The position numbers were made by a program, and so were the translations under genes. Below, piece after piece: positions 46,646 through 55,329 of a stretch of DNA of 64,000 nucleotides. How positions within the stretch are numbered: the stretch's first letter is position 1; each line of letters begins with the position of its first letter. The notes under the pieces were generated by a model. That model saw only the letters and a program-made list of their open reading frames with translations. It ran no database searches and was not told the DNA's origin. The DNA lies in the IMG/VR virus record IMGVR_UViG_3300022866_000322, positions 62,001 through 126,000 of that record; one strand, written 5' to 3'.

Positions 46646-46757
46646 CACTGCAACAGAACAATGGTCATGCAGTGGTGGCAACGAGAGCTGGGATGGGCAC
46701 CCGTTGGTATATATACCAATTGGTAAACCTTGTCCTTATTGCGGAAATAGAGAGTAA
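46638..46757 (+). CDS. 39-aa CHCC-type zinc finger
   Basis: MTNTATEQWSCSGGNESWDGHPLVYIPIGKPCPYCGNRE; overlaps both neighbouring genes; missed by the ORF track. Confidence 0.75.
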   Translation: MTNTATEQWSCSGGNESWDGHPLVYIPIGKPCPYCGNRE

Positions 46758-47086
46758 TGGATACCACACAACATCGAACTATGACGTTTGATGTTAAAGC
46801 GGCCTGGCATGATGAGCCTCCTCCAGTTTATAGAATATTTGTTGATGGTCACTTGATCACCGAACGTACATTTGTATGGGCAGGTCACGAAACATATATA
46901 AAAGAAAATCTTGTGTGTGATTTACCGCCTGGCACACATGTGGTAAAAATTGAAAATGTGTCAACACATGGTGAATTTAAACTAAACAATCTGCTAATAG
47001 ACAACAAAGAACAACCCGAACAGCCAGGAAAAGACGGGTACGATCTCAGGCAGTGGACTTTCGTTTGCGATCTTAAACAGAGCTAA
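46757..47086 (+). CDS. Hypothetical beta-rich protein
   Basis: TAATG-coupled; possible paralogue of 44824-45309. Confidence 0.7.
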   Translation: MDTTQHRTMTFDVKAAWHDEPPPVYRIFVDGHLITERTFVWAGHETYIKENLVCDLPPGTHVVKIENVSTHGEFKLNNLLIDNKEQPEQPGKDGYDLRQWTFVCDLKQS

Positions 47087-47111
47087 ATATAACTATTACA
47101 GGTATTAAACT

Positions 47112-47606
47112 ATGAAAACTAAAGATTTTATTAACGAAGCAGATTGTGCTATAGCCAACGATGCAGAAGTAATGCACCGAGATCACGAAGTACAGATGGC
47201 ACGTGGTCAGTTATATAATGCCGCACAATATGCTATCGAACTTCATCGCATGCTTAAAAACATAAGTGAAAGAGAAGGACTTGAAGGTTGGGTCCAAGCA
47301 AAAATTACCAAAGCAACTGATTATCTAAGTAGTGTTAAGCATCACTTAGAATATGAGCAAGTTAGCCAATCATCAGATGCTATGATGGATTTTGTTCCAG
47401 AAGGTGCAGAATATGCAATGGACAAGATACTAGACGAAACAGCAAGTGCAGGTGCCACAGGTGCAGGCTCTGTTGCTACAGCACCAACTGGTGATGGTGG
47501 TACAGGATTTGAAAAAGCAATTGGTCTTGGTAGAACACCGAACACCTACAAAAACAGTAGCAAGCAGGGCAAAGTTAAATTTGGCAAAGGCGTGTACAAC
47601 AAATGA
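47112..47606 (+). CDS. Modular internal-head-like protein
   Basis: CTAAATA at 47083; MKTKDFINE N-terminus; LEGWVQAKITKATDYL helix module; ETASAGATGAGSVAT module. Confidence 0.7.
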   Translation: MKTKDFINEADCAIANDAEVMHRDHEVQMARGQLYNAAQYAIELHRMLKNISEREGLEGWVQAKITKATDYLSSVKHHLEYEQVSQSSDAMMDFVPEGAEYAMDKILDETASAGATGAGSVATAPTGDGGTGFEKAIGLGRTPNTYKNSSKQGKVKFGKGVYNK

Positions 47607-48160
47607 GCTCGATGAAAGATCTACTGGAAAAAATGGACGACAACTATCCATTTGCTGGCGAAAAGGCAACGCCTAAACAAATACCTGGTGATCAAGTTCG
47701 TGGTACAGACGCAGTTAAGATTGCCAAGCGTACAGTTCCTTACCAAAAGCACCCACTCCAGGGAAAACTTGTAGGTGGTGGTGCCGCTGAAGAGTCTGTA
47801 GAGCAAATCGCAGAACAGTTACGCAAAGAGCTTGAAGAGTATGGTGCTCCTGGATCAGGGATGAGCCGTGGGTCAAGTATGGACCGAACAGAAGTTTCAC
47901 AGTTACGCAGAGATCAAAAAGCACAACAACAGCAAGCTGATTCGCAAGAAGATAATCTTGAAAAACAAATTAAGGGGTTGACACAGCAATCACTGGCAGT
48001 ATCAAAACAACCAGTGGCTCCACCTAATCCAAACGATCCAGCATCTGTTGCACAGTTTGCCGCGGCAAGTAATCAAAAGAGGGCAGAGAAGCAACAACTA
48101 GCACTGCAAAGAAGAGCTCTTAACCAACAGAAGAAACAGTTCACTCAGTATAGCGAGTAA
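47603..48160 (+). CDS. Modular hypothetical protein with Q-rich coiled-coil C-terminus
   Basis: Coupled ORF within the same cluster. Confidence 0.65.
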   Translation: MSSMKDLLEKMDDNYPFAGEKATPKQIPGDQVRGTDAVKIAKRTVPYQKHPLQGKLVGGGAAEESVEQIAEQLRKELEEYGAPGSGMSRGSSMDRTEVSQLRRDQKAQQQQADSQEDNLEKQIKGLTQQSLAVSKQPVAPPNPNDPASVAQFAAASNQKRAEKQQLALQRRALNQQKKQFTQYSE

Positions 48161-48165
48161 TCACA

Positions 48166-48957
48166 GTGTATATTAATAACTTCACAAAAAATAAAAAGCA
48201 AAAGCCAGCACCTATTGTAGATAAGTCTACACAATATCAACTTGATAGAAATGCAAATCTTGCAACTGGCACAATAGGTGATGCATATGGTTCACTTAGT
48301 CAACCAAAAAGCACTACGCCACAAGCATATACTCCCCCAGTTAAGACAGTAACAAAGGGGTCAAAGCAAACAGTAAAACCAGTTAAGTTTAATCCCAGGG
48401 GCGGACCCATAATTGCACGTAATGGATCAAAGCAAACAGCAGGATCAACGCAAACAGTAAAACCAGTTAAGTTTAATCCCAGGGGCGGACCCATAATTGC
48501 ACGTGAAGAAATGGAAGAGTTTATAGAGTTTATTGATTCACACGACAATGAAATTATGACCGAAGCACAGTTTGATGAAGCCGCAGGTGAGAAAGACGCT
48601 TGCTACCATAAGGTCAAGAGTCGTTACAAAGTGTGGCCTAGTGCATACGCAAGTGGTGCATTAGTACAGTGCCGTAAAAAAGGTGCTAAGAACTGGGGCA
48701 ACAGTAAAAAGAAAAGCAACGAAAATGTAGAAATGGATAGCAAATTGGATGTTGACAAGTTGTTAACTAGCCTTAGAAATAGTAAAACCACTAATAGTGA
48801 CAGACTTGCAGATGCAATTGAAATGCGGTTCATGCATAACATGACCTTTAAAGAGATAGGTGAAGAATTAAATGTTGGTCCTAGTAGAGCCGCTACGATT
48901 ATTGAAAAGGCACTACGTTTGCTAAGGTGGCATGCCGCTAGGTCACCTGGGTCGTAA
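48166..48957 (+). CDS. Modular protein: tandem repeat, two-Cys basic module, sigma70 region-4-like HTH
   Basis: KDACYHKVKSRYKVWPSAYASGALVQC module; C-terminal MRFMHNMTFKEIGEELNVGPSRAATIIEKALRLLR. Confidence 0.65.
   Translation: MYINNFTKNKKQKPAPIVDKSTQYQLDRNANLATGTIGDAYGSLSQPKSTTPQAYTPPVKTVTKGSKQTVKPVKFNPRGGPIIARNGSKQTAGSTQTVKPVKFNPRGGPIIAREEMEEFIEFIDSHDNEIMTEAQFDEAAGEKDACYHKVKSRYKVWPSAYASGALVQCRKKGAKNWGNSKKKSNENVEMDSKLDVDKLLTSLRNSKTTNSDRLADAIEMRFMHNMTFKEIGEELNVGPSRAATIIEKALRLLRWHAARSPGS
48366..48504 (+). repeat. Exact 55-nt direct repeat, 84-nt period, in frame
   Basis: GCAAACAGTAAAACC...ATTGCACGT at 48366-48420 and 48450-48504 (QTVKPVKFNPRGGPIIAR twice). Confidence 0.9.
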
Positions 48958-48985
48958 AAAAAACTTAATTAGGCATAGAATAGAA

Positions 48986-49588
48986 ATGAGACTAACAGAC
49001 TTTATCACAGAAAAATGCTGGAAAGGCTACGAAAAGAAGGGCATGAAAACCATGTTCGGCAAACGTGTGCCTAACTGTGTTAAAAATGAATCTGCAGATG
49101 CAGTATCACTAGACGAGCATGGCAACTTGATATTTGAAGATGGTGTTAGTGAAGACCTAAAGAAATGGTTCAAAGAGAAGTGGGTCCGCTTTGGTCCAGA
49201 TGGTAAGATACGTGGCGACTGTGCGAGAGGATCAAGCAAAGAAGGTAAGCCAAAGTGTTTACCACAATCAAAAGCACAAGCACTAGGCAAGAAAGGCCGT
49301 TCAAGCAGTGCGGCTAAAAAGCGTAGAGAAGATCCCAAAAAGAATCGCAAAGGCAAAGCCAAGAACGTTGCTACTAAGACACGTGGTATGAAAGAACAAG
49401 GACCACCTGATTACAGCACTGGTAAGTCAGCTGATCAAAAAGGAATAAGCCCTAGGACAGTTGGTAAAGTAATACTAGACCCAGAAGGTACTGCACGAGA
49501 GGCTGGCGGTAGGGTATTACAAAAAGGCATGAATGCAGTTAAGTGCGCAATTACCCAAGATCCAACCTACTGCAACCTATCCAAATAA
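48986..49588 (+). CDS. Modular basic internal-head-like protein
   Basis: MRLTDFITE start; KCWKGYEKKGMKTMFGKRVPNC module; EDLKKWFKEKW...GDC...KPKC module. Confidence 0.7.
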   Translation: MRLTDFITEKCWKGYEKKGMKTMFGKRVPNCVKNESADAVSLDEHGNLIFEDGVSEDLKKWFKEKWVRFGPDGKIRGDCARGSSKEGKPKCLPQSKAQALGKKGRSSSAAKKRREDPKKNRKGKAKNVATKTRGMKEQGPPDYSTGKSADQKGISPRTVGKVILDPEGTAREAGGRVLQKGMNAVKCAITQDPTYCNLSK

Positions 49589-49601
49589 TATCCTAAACCT
49601 C

Positions 49602-49630
49602 TTGTTTTATTAGTTCAGATACTGTATAAT
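49602..49630 (+). promoter_or_regulatory. sigma70-type promoter for the replication block
   Basis: TTGTTT, 17 nt, TATAAT. Confidence 0.55.
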
Positions 49631-49658
49631 AGTATACTTTACTAACAGGAGATCAGTA

Positions 49659-49919
49659 ATGTCATCAAGAATGTTCAGTTCAGAGCAAAAAGCAAAACTC
49701 ACACAGGTTGTTAACGAAGGTATTGCAGTAATGCAAGAAGTAGAAGATCTCAGCGCAGGTTTGAGTGATACAATCAAAGCAGTTGCAGAAGAAATGGAAA
49801 TTAAACCCAGTATTCTTAAGAAAGCTGTGCGTATTGCATTTAAATCCAAACTCACAGACGAAAACGCTGATCACGAAGATCTAAACACGATTCTCGAAAC
49901 TGTCGGCCGTACCCTTTAA
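49659..49919 (+). CDS. Small dsDNA-binding protein (T4 DsbA/GapR-like)
   Basis: AGGAG SD; IKAVAEEMEIKPSILKKAVRI helical pattern. Confidence 0.6.
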   Translation: MSSRMFSSEQKAKLTQVVNEGIAVMQEVEDLSAGLSDTIKAVAEEMEIKPSILKKAVRIAFKSKLTDENADHEDLNTILETVGRTL

Positions 49920-49928
49920 TTGAAAAAC

Positions 49929-50201
49929 ATGAAGAAGTTTTGGGTCAGCAGTTACACAAGTGATCGCACAGCATTTTATCTCGAGCTGATTAGTTTTATA
50001 ACAACTGTCGGTGCAAGTGCTTTATTGGCCGCAACAGCAGATTCTCCCAACATGCTCTTGGTATACCCTGGTTTCTTTGTAGGGTGTATCACAGGTGCAA
50101 TTGCATATCTACGTAGAAGTTTACCTTTTCCGTTTTTATTGACCAGCTGGTTCGCATGTGTTAACATATTCGGATACGGTGTAGCATCAGGATGGTGGTA
50201 A
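49929..50201 (+). CDS. Small membrane protein
   Basis: Three hydrophobic segments; start 49920 or 49929. Confidence 0.65.
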   Translation: MKKFWVSSYTSDRTAFYLELISFITTVGASALLAATADSPNMLLVYPGFFVGCITGAIAYLRRSLPFPFLLTSWFACVNIFGYGVASGWW

Positions 50202-50202
50202 T

Positions 50203-52866
50203 ATGAGTTACATAGACGCATTATTTGATAGAAAAGCAGATCGCATACATGTCGTGGAGCGTGTCAATGGGGAACGTGTATACAAAGAGTTTCCTGCTAA
50301 CTATGTGTTCTACTATGATGATCCCAAGGGCAAGTTCCGTACAGTGTATGGTAGCCCTGTGAATAGGTTCAGTACACGCAACGGCAAAGAGTTTCAAAAA
50401 GAAATGCGTGTGAACGGCGGAAAGAGATTATGGGAATCGGATATTAATCCAGTGTTCCGCTGTTTAGAAGAAAACTACCTGGGACAACAATCACCTAAAC
50501 TGCAAACATGCTTCTTTGATATTGAGGTCGACTTTGACCCTGAACGTGGATTCAGTCCACCTAGTGATCCGTTCAATGCAGTAACTGCAATTACTGTGTA
50601 CAACGACTGGATGGACAAGTTGATCACACTGGCTATTCCTCCCAAAGGACTTAGCTGGGAAAGTGCAGAAGAACTATGCAAAGACTTCGAAAACTGTTTC
50701 TTATTCGAACGTGAAGAAGAACTGTTGGGCACATTCTTAGATTTAATTGAAGATGCTGACATACTGTCGGGTTGGAACAGTGAAGGTTTTGATATTCCTT
50801 ACTTGGTCATGCGCATAAAGCGTGTACTTAGCAACGATGACAATAGACGTTGGTGCCTATGGGGGCAACTACCCAAGCAACGCACATTTGAACGTTTTGG
50901 TGCAGAGAATCTAACATTTGATTTAATAGGCAGAGTGCATATGGACTATATGCAACTGTATCGCAAATACACATACGAAGAACGTCACAGTTATTCACTA
51001 GATGCAATTGGTGAACACGAACTAGGTGAACGTAAAACACAATACGAAGGCTCACTTGATCAGTTGTATAACAAAGACTTCAAGACCTTTATTGAGTACA
51101 ATCGACAGGATACCGCGTTGCTAGGCAAGATGGACAAGAAGTTACGTTTTTTAGATCTTGCAAACGAACTAGCGCATGATAATACCGTACTGCTACAAAC
51201 AACAATGGGTGCAGTGGCAGTTACAGAGCAGGCTATTATTAATGAGGCACATCAGCGTGGTATGGTTGTACCTAATAGGAAAGGAAAAGAAGAACATGGA
51301 GAAACGCAAGCGGCAGGTGCCTATGTTGCTCATCCCAAAAAAGGGATGCACGACTGGATCGGAGCAATCGACATCAACTCACTCTATCCCAGTGCTATTA
51401 GGGCCCTCAACATGGCGCAAGAAAGCATCATCGGACAACTCAGACCGATAATGACAGACAGGTACATCAAGGAAAAACAGGACGCTGGAAAGAGTTTTGC
51501 TGATAGTTGGGAAAACATGTTCGGTAGCCTTGAGTATCAAGCGGTAATGAATGGAGAGCCTGGCACAGAGATTACTGTAGACTGGGAAGCAGATGGTAGC
51601 AGTGATATAATGAGTGCCGCTGACATTTGGAGACTGATATTTGACAGTAACAAACCTTGGATGATCAGTGCTAACGGTACTATATTCAGTTATGAAAAAA
51701 AGGCTATTGTACCAGGATTGTTAGAACGTTGGTATGCCGAACGTAAAGAACTACAAGCAAAGAAGCGTGACGCTGAGTCCGATGATGATATTGCATTCTG
51801 GGATAAACGACAGTTGGTTAAGAAGATTAACTTGAACAGTTTGTATGGCGCTATTCTTAATCCAGGTTGTAGATTCTTTGACAAACGTATTGGACAAAGT
51901 ACTACACTATCCGGTCGTATCATTGCCAAGCACATGGATGCGTTTGTTAACGAAGCCATAACAGGTGTATATGATCACACTGGTGATGCAGTTGTGTATG
52001 GTGATACTGATTCTTGTTACTTCACTGCATGGCCCGCTATTAAAGATGATGTCGAAAGCGGTAAAATGGAATGGAACAAAGACATTGCTACACAAGTGTA
52101 TGATAGCATCTCAGACCAACTTAATGAAAGTTTTCCATTGTTCATGGAAAAAGCCTGTCACTGCCCACGTGAAAATGGCGCATTGATCAAAGGTGGTAGA
52201 GAGATTACTGCAACTAAAGGCTTGTACATTAAGAAGAAGCGTTATGCGGCACTGATATATGACATGGAAGGTACTAGACTCGACGGCGGCGGCAAACCAG
52301 GCAAAGTTAAAGCCATGGGACTTGACTTGAAGCGAAGTGATACTCCGCCGGTTGTACAGAATTTCCTAAGTGATATACTACTTGGTGTACTAACAGGATC
52401 AACCAAAGAACAGATATATGATAAGGTTCGCGACTTTAAAATTGCATTCCAACAGCGTCCAGCATGGGAAAAAGGTACTCCCAAGCGTGTAAACAATCTA
52501 ACCAAGTACACTGCCGCTGAAAAAGCGCAAGGCAAAGCAAACATGCCTGGCCATGTAAGAGCCGCAATGAACTGGAACTATCTCAAACGCATGCATGGTG
52601 ACAACTACAGTCAAAACATTGTTGATGGTATGAAAACTATTGTGTGCAAACTTAAAGAGAACCCAATGGGTTACAAGAGTGTAGGGTATCCAACAGATGT
52701 TTCACATATCCCACAGTGGTTTAAGGACTTGCCATTTGATGATGCACTAATGGAGGCAACTATTGTGGATCAGAAAGTAGAGAACCTATTAAGTGTACTT
52801 AAATGGGATATTCCTGCACATACCAACATCAAAACAACATTTGACGACTTGTTCAGCTTCGAATAA
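50203..52866 (+). CDS. Family B DNA polymerase (T4 gp43-like)
   Basis: Exo motifs FDIEVD, WNSEGFDIPY, YNRQD; polymerase motifs DINSLYPS, KINLNSLYG, YGDTDS, KKKRY. Confidence 0.96.
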   Translation: MSYIDALFDRKADRIHVVERVNGERVYKEFPANYVFYYDDPKGKFRTVYGSPVNRFSTRNGKEFQKEMRVNGGKRLWESDINPVFRCLEENYLGQQSPKLQTCFFDIEVDFDPERGFSPPSDPFNAVTAITVYNDWMDKLITLAIPPKGLSWESAEELCKDFENCFLFEREEELLGTFLDLIEDADILSGWNSEGFDIPYLVMRIKRVLSNDDNRRWCLWGQLPKQRTFERFGAENLTFDLIGRVHMDYMQLYRKYTYEERHSYSLDAIGEHELGERKTQYEGSLDQLYNKDFKTFIEYNRQDTALLGKMDKKLRFLDLANELAHDNTVLLQTTMGAVAVTEQAIINEAHQRGMVVPNRKGKEEHGETQAAGAYVAHPKKGMHDWIGAIDINSLYPSAIRALNMAQESIIGQLRPIMTDRYIKEKQDAGKSFADSWENMFGSLEYQAVMNGEPGTEITVDWEADGSSDIMSAADIWRLIFDSNKPWMISANGTIFSYEKKAIVPGLLERWYAERKELQAKKRDAESDDDIAFWDKRQLVKKINLNSLYGAILNPGCRFFDKRIGQSTTLSGRIIAKHMDAFVNEAITGVYDHTGDAVVYGDTDSCYFTAWPAIKDDVESGKMEWNKDIATQVYDSISDQLNESFPLFMEKACHCPRENGALIKGGREITATKGLYIKKKRYAALIYDMEGTRLDGGGKPGKVKAMGLDLKRSDTPPVVQNFLSDILLGVLTGSTKEQIYDKVRDFKIAFQQRPAWEKGTPKRVNNLTKYTAAEKAQGKANMPGHVRAAMNWNYLKRMHGDNYSQNIVDGMKTIVCKLKENPMGYKSVGYPTDVSHIPQWFKDLPFDDALMEATIVDQKVENLLSVLKWDIPAHTNIKTTFDDLFSFE

Positions 52867-52897
52867 ATACCTATGTACAATTACATAGTGATATTCA

Positions 52898-53881
52898 ATG
52901 AACCTCGTAGATCTTGTAAACACCAAAAACTCCCTCAGAAGTGGGCCTGACCTAGCTCCATTATCTGCCGAGCTTGATAAAATTACCAAGCACTACCAAG
53001 ATATTATTCTAGGTGTTGATCCTAGATTTACCGGATCTGTAAACATTTCTATAGATCATTATCAAACAATTAAAGATCAATTAGCCTTACACCAACCCAA
53101 GATTGAGCAGACAATTGCGGATATTGATGCAGAAATACTGAAACAAAGTCAAAAGTTTTTTACAGAAAGTTATGCACTTGAGCGTGAGCTAAAGAGTGAC
53201 TTTGATTCTTACGGAATGTTAACGCAAAATCTTAGAACAATGCGACACTGGCGGAATATTAGATTAGACCAAACTGGTAGTCCAGATATGCACATGCTAG
53301 GAGTAATTCGAAAACATGTAGAACATAGATATCCTGTACTAGAGATAGGTTGCCGCGACGGGGACTGGACTAAATTTTTAGTTGCTGGTGATCCATTATA
53401 CATATCTGATTACACAGAAGAGTTTATGCATAATGCAGTGCACCAGTTTACGAAACAGTACATTCCTAGAGTCAGGCAGTACCAAATAAAAGACAACAAC
53501 ATAAACGATCTGCCAGAAAATCAATTTGGTTTTGTTCTTAGTTACAACTTCTTTAATTATCTTGCATTTGATACTATCAAACAATGGATGCGCAAAGCGC
53601 ACACTTGGTTAAGGCCAGGTGGTATTATAATGTTTACCTACAATAATGCAGATCATGGTTACGGTGCAGCCATGGCTGAAAGTAGCGTACAAAGTTATTG
53701 TCCAATGAGCTTACTTGTGCCCATGTGCGAAAGTATTGGTTTACAGTATCACGATCATAGAGATTACGTAAACACACCATTTACTCCAATGAGCTGGATA
53801 CAATTCAAAAAGCCAGGAGAGCTGTCCACAGTAAAAGTAGCACAGGCGTTAGGGCAAATAAAATTATACTCTGAGACTTGA
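52898..53881 (+). CDS. Class I SAM methyltransferase with helical N-terminus
   Basis: VLEIGCRDG, FGFVLSYNFF, LRPGGIIMF. Confidence 0.8.
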   Translation: MNLVDLVNTKNSLRSGPDLAPLSAELDKITKHYQDIILGVDPRFTGSVNISIDHYQTIKDQLALHQPKIEQTIADIDAEILKQSQKFFTESYALERELKSDFDSYGMLTQNLRTMRHWRNIRLDQTGSPDMHMLGVIRKHVEHRYPVLEIGCRDGDWTKFLVAGDPLYISDYTEEFMHNAVHQFTKQYIPRVRQYQIKDNNINDLPENQFGFVLSYNFFNYLAFDTIKQWMRKAHTWLRPGGIIMFTYNNADHGYGAAMAESSVQSYCPMSLLVPMCESIGLQYHDHRDYVNTPFTPMSWIQFKKPGELSTVKVAQALGQIKLYSET

Positions 53882-53906
53882 TTTTCTAAATACAATCTGT
53901 TATAAT
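53878..53906 (+). promoter_or_regulatory. sigma70-type promoter
   Basis: TTGATT, 17 nt, TATAAT; a CTAAATA lies inside the spacer. Confidence 0.6.
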
Positions 53907-53930
53907 TAATCATCTTTAACGGAGGTACAA

Positions 53931-54650
53931 ATGAAAGATTATTTACAAGATATAGTAAAACACACACATGCTCTTGGCTTTATTGAGTTGGTAAAAGTCA
54001 CAGGCACTGCAACAGAAACAAAAGTTGATGCAGTTAGCGAAGACAGAAGTGCTATTGTGCAGGCTCAGTTTCACAATCCGGTTCCAGATTTTGTTGGAAC
54101 ATTTGGTATGCCAAATCTAGGCAAACTAAACACAATTCTTAATATTCCAGAGTACAGCGAAGATGCCAAACTTACAGTAAGCAAAACTGACGCTGGGCCA
54201 GCAGGTGTAAACTTTGAAAATGCCGCAGGTGACTTTAAGAACGATTACAGGTTTATGAGCAGTGAAATTGTAAACGACAAGCTCAAAGCAGTTAAGTTCC
54301 GAGGTGTTAAATGGGGCGTAGAGATTGAGCCAAGTGTAGCCAGTATTCAAAGACTAAAGCACATGGCTAGTGCAAACAGCGAAGAAACTACTTTTATTGC
54401 AAAGACAGAAGACAACAAGTTGAAGTTCTACTTTGGCGATCACAGCACACATGCAGGTGACTTTGTGTTTGCACATGATGTTGAAGGTACACTGAGCAAA
54501 GGTTGGAATTGGCCTGTAGCCGCTGTTATCAGTATACTAAGTCTGTCAGGCGATAAGATGATTAAATTTAGTGATGAGGGAGCCGCACAGATCACTGTTG
54601 ATTCAGGACTAGGTGTTTACAACTATATACTTCCAGCACAACAGAAGTAA
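53931..54650 (+). CDS. Sliding clamp candidate (T4 gp45/PCNA-like)
   Basis: GGAGG SD; about 240 aa alpha/beta protein next to PolB; ends GVYNYILPA like clamp C-termini; clamp loader present at 22775. Confidence 0.65.
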   Translation: MKDYLQDIVKHTHALGFIELVKVTGTATETKVDAVSEDRSAIVQAQFHNPVPDFVGTFGMPNLGKLNTILNIPEYSEDAKLTVSKTDAGPAGVNFENAAGDFKNDYRFMSSEIVNDKLKAVKFRGVKWGVEIEPSVASIQRLKHMASANSEETTFIAKTEDNKLKFYFGDHSTHAGDFVFAHDVEGTLSKGWNWPVAAVISILSLSGDKMIKFSDEGAAQITVDSGLGVYNYILPAQQK

Positions 54651-55327
54651 TGACACAACGGGTACGTGATCGTTATTGGGAACGTAGAGGATATGTAAGT
54701 GGTACCTGTATGTTCCACGATCCCACTAGATTGTGTTACTTAAACATACCAAAGAATGCTAGTACCTTCCTAAAAGAAAACCTTGTTGAGCAGGAATGGG
54801 TCATGTTGCATAACAGTGTCAGGCGTGTTCGTCGTGAGACTGTCGGAACTATAGTTATACTGCGTGACCCTATTGACCGTTGGTTTACAGGAATAGCACA
54901 GCATATCACAACAAACCTATTCTGCAAAGATTTTGGTAGTAGTCATTTTTTAGAACAGACAAACGATCTGGTCAGTAACTTGATTGTAGACCAAGTGGTG
55001 TTCGATGATCATACAGAACAACAAAGTTGGTTCATTGAAGAATTTGGTCAATTTTTAATTAACCCAACTTATTTTTATTGTGATCAACACCTAAACAAAA
55101 ATTTAGATCATTACTTTAACACACATAATTTAAGTTACAGTTTGGCTAATAAACCGTTTAAAAATGTCAGTGTAAACAACTTTGATAACAAAAATCTAAT
55201 TGATTATTTTAAAAATATAGTTTATAATAATACTATGTATGAAATACATCTTGCAGAACATTATCAACAAGATTATGATCTCATTTCAACAGTACAGTTT
55301 TATCGAGCGGGCGAACAAAATAAATAG
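54650..55327 (+). CDS. Sulfotransferase (family 2-like)
   Basis: YLNIPKNASTFLK (5'-PSB loop), ILRDPIDRWFTG (3'-PB), DHTEQQ, YQQDYDL. Confidence 0.8.
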   Translation: MTQRVRDRYWERRGYVSGTCMFHDPTRLCYLNIPKNASTFLKENLVEQEWVMLHNSVRRVRRETVGTIVILRDPIDRWFTGIAQHITTNLFCKDFGSSHFLEQTNDLVSNLIVDQVVFDDHTEQQSWFIEEFGQFLINPTYFYCDQHLNKNLDHYFNTHNLSYSLANKPFKNVSVNNFDNKNLIDYFKNIVYNNTMYEIHLAEHYQQDYDLISTVQFYRAGEQNK

Positions 55328-55329
55328 TT

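Noticed and set aside
50203-52866. Intein or intron in the DNA polymerase
   Set aside because: The extra region between motifs II and III has no intein terminal residues or homing-endonuclease motifs, and the frame is continuous.
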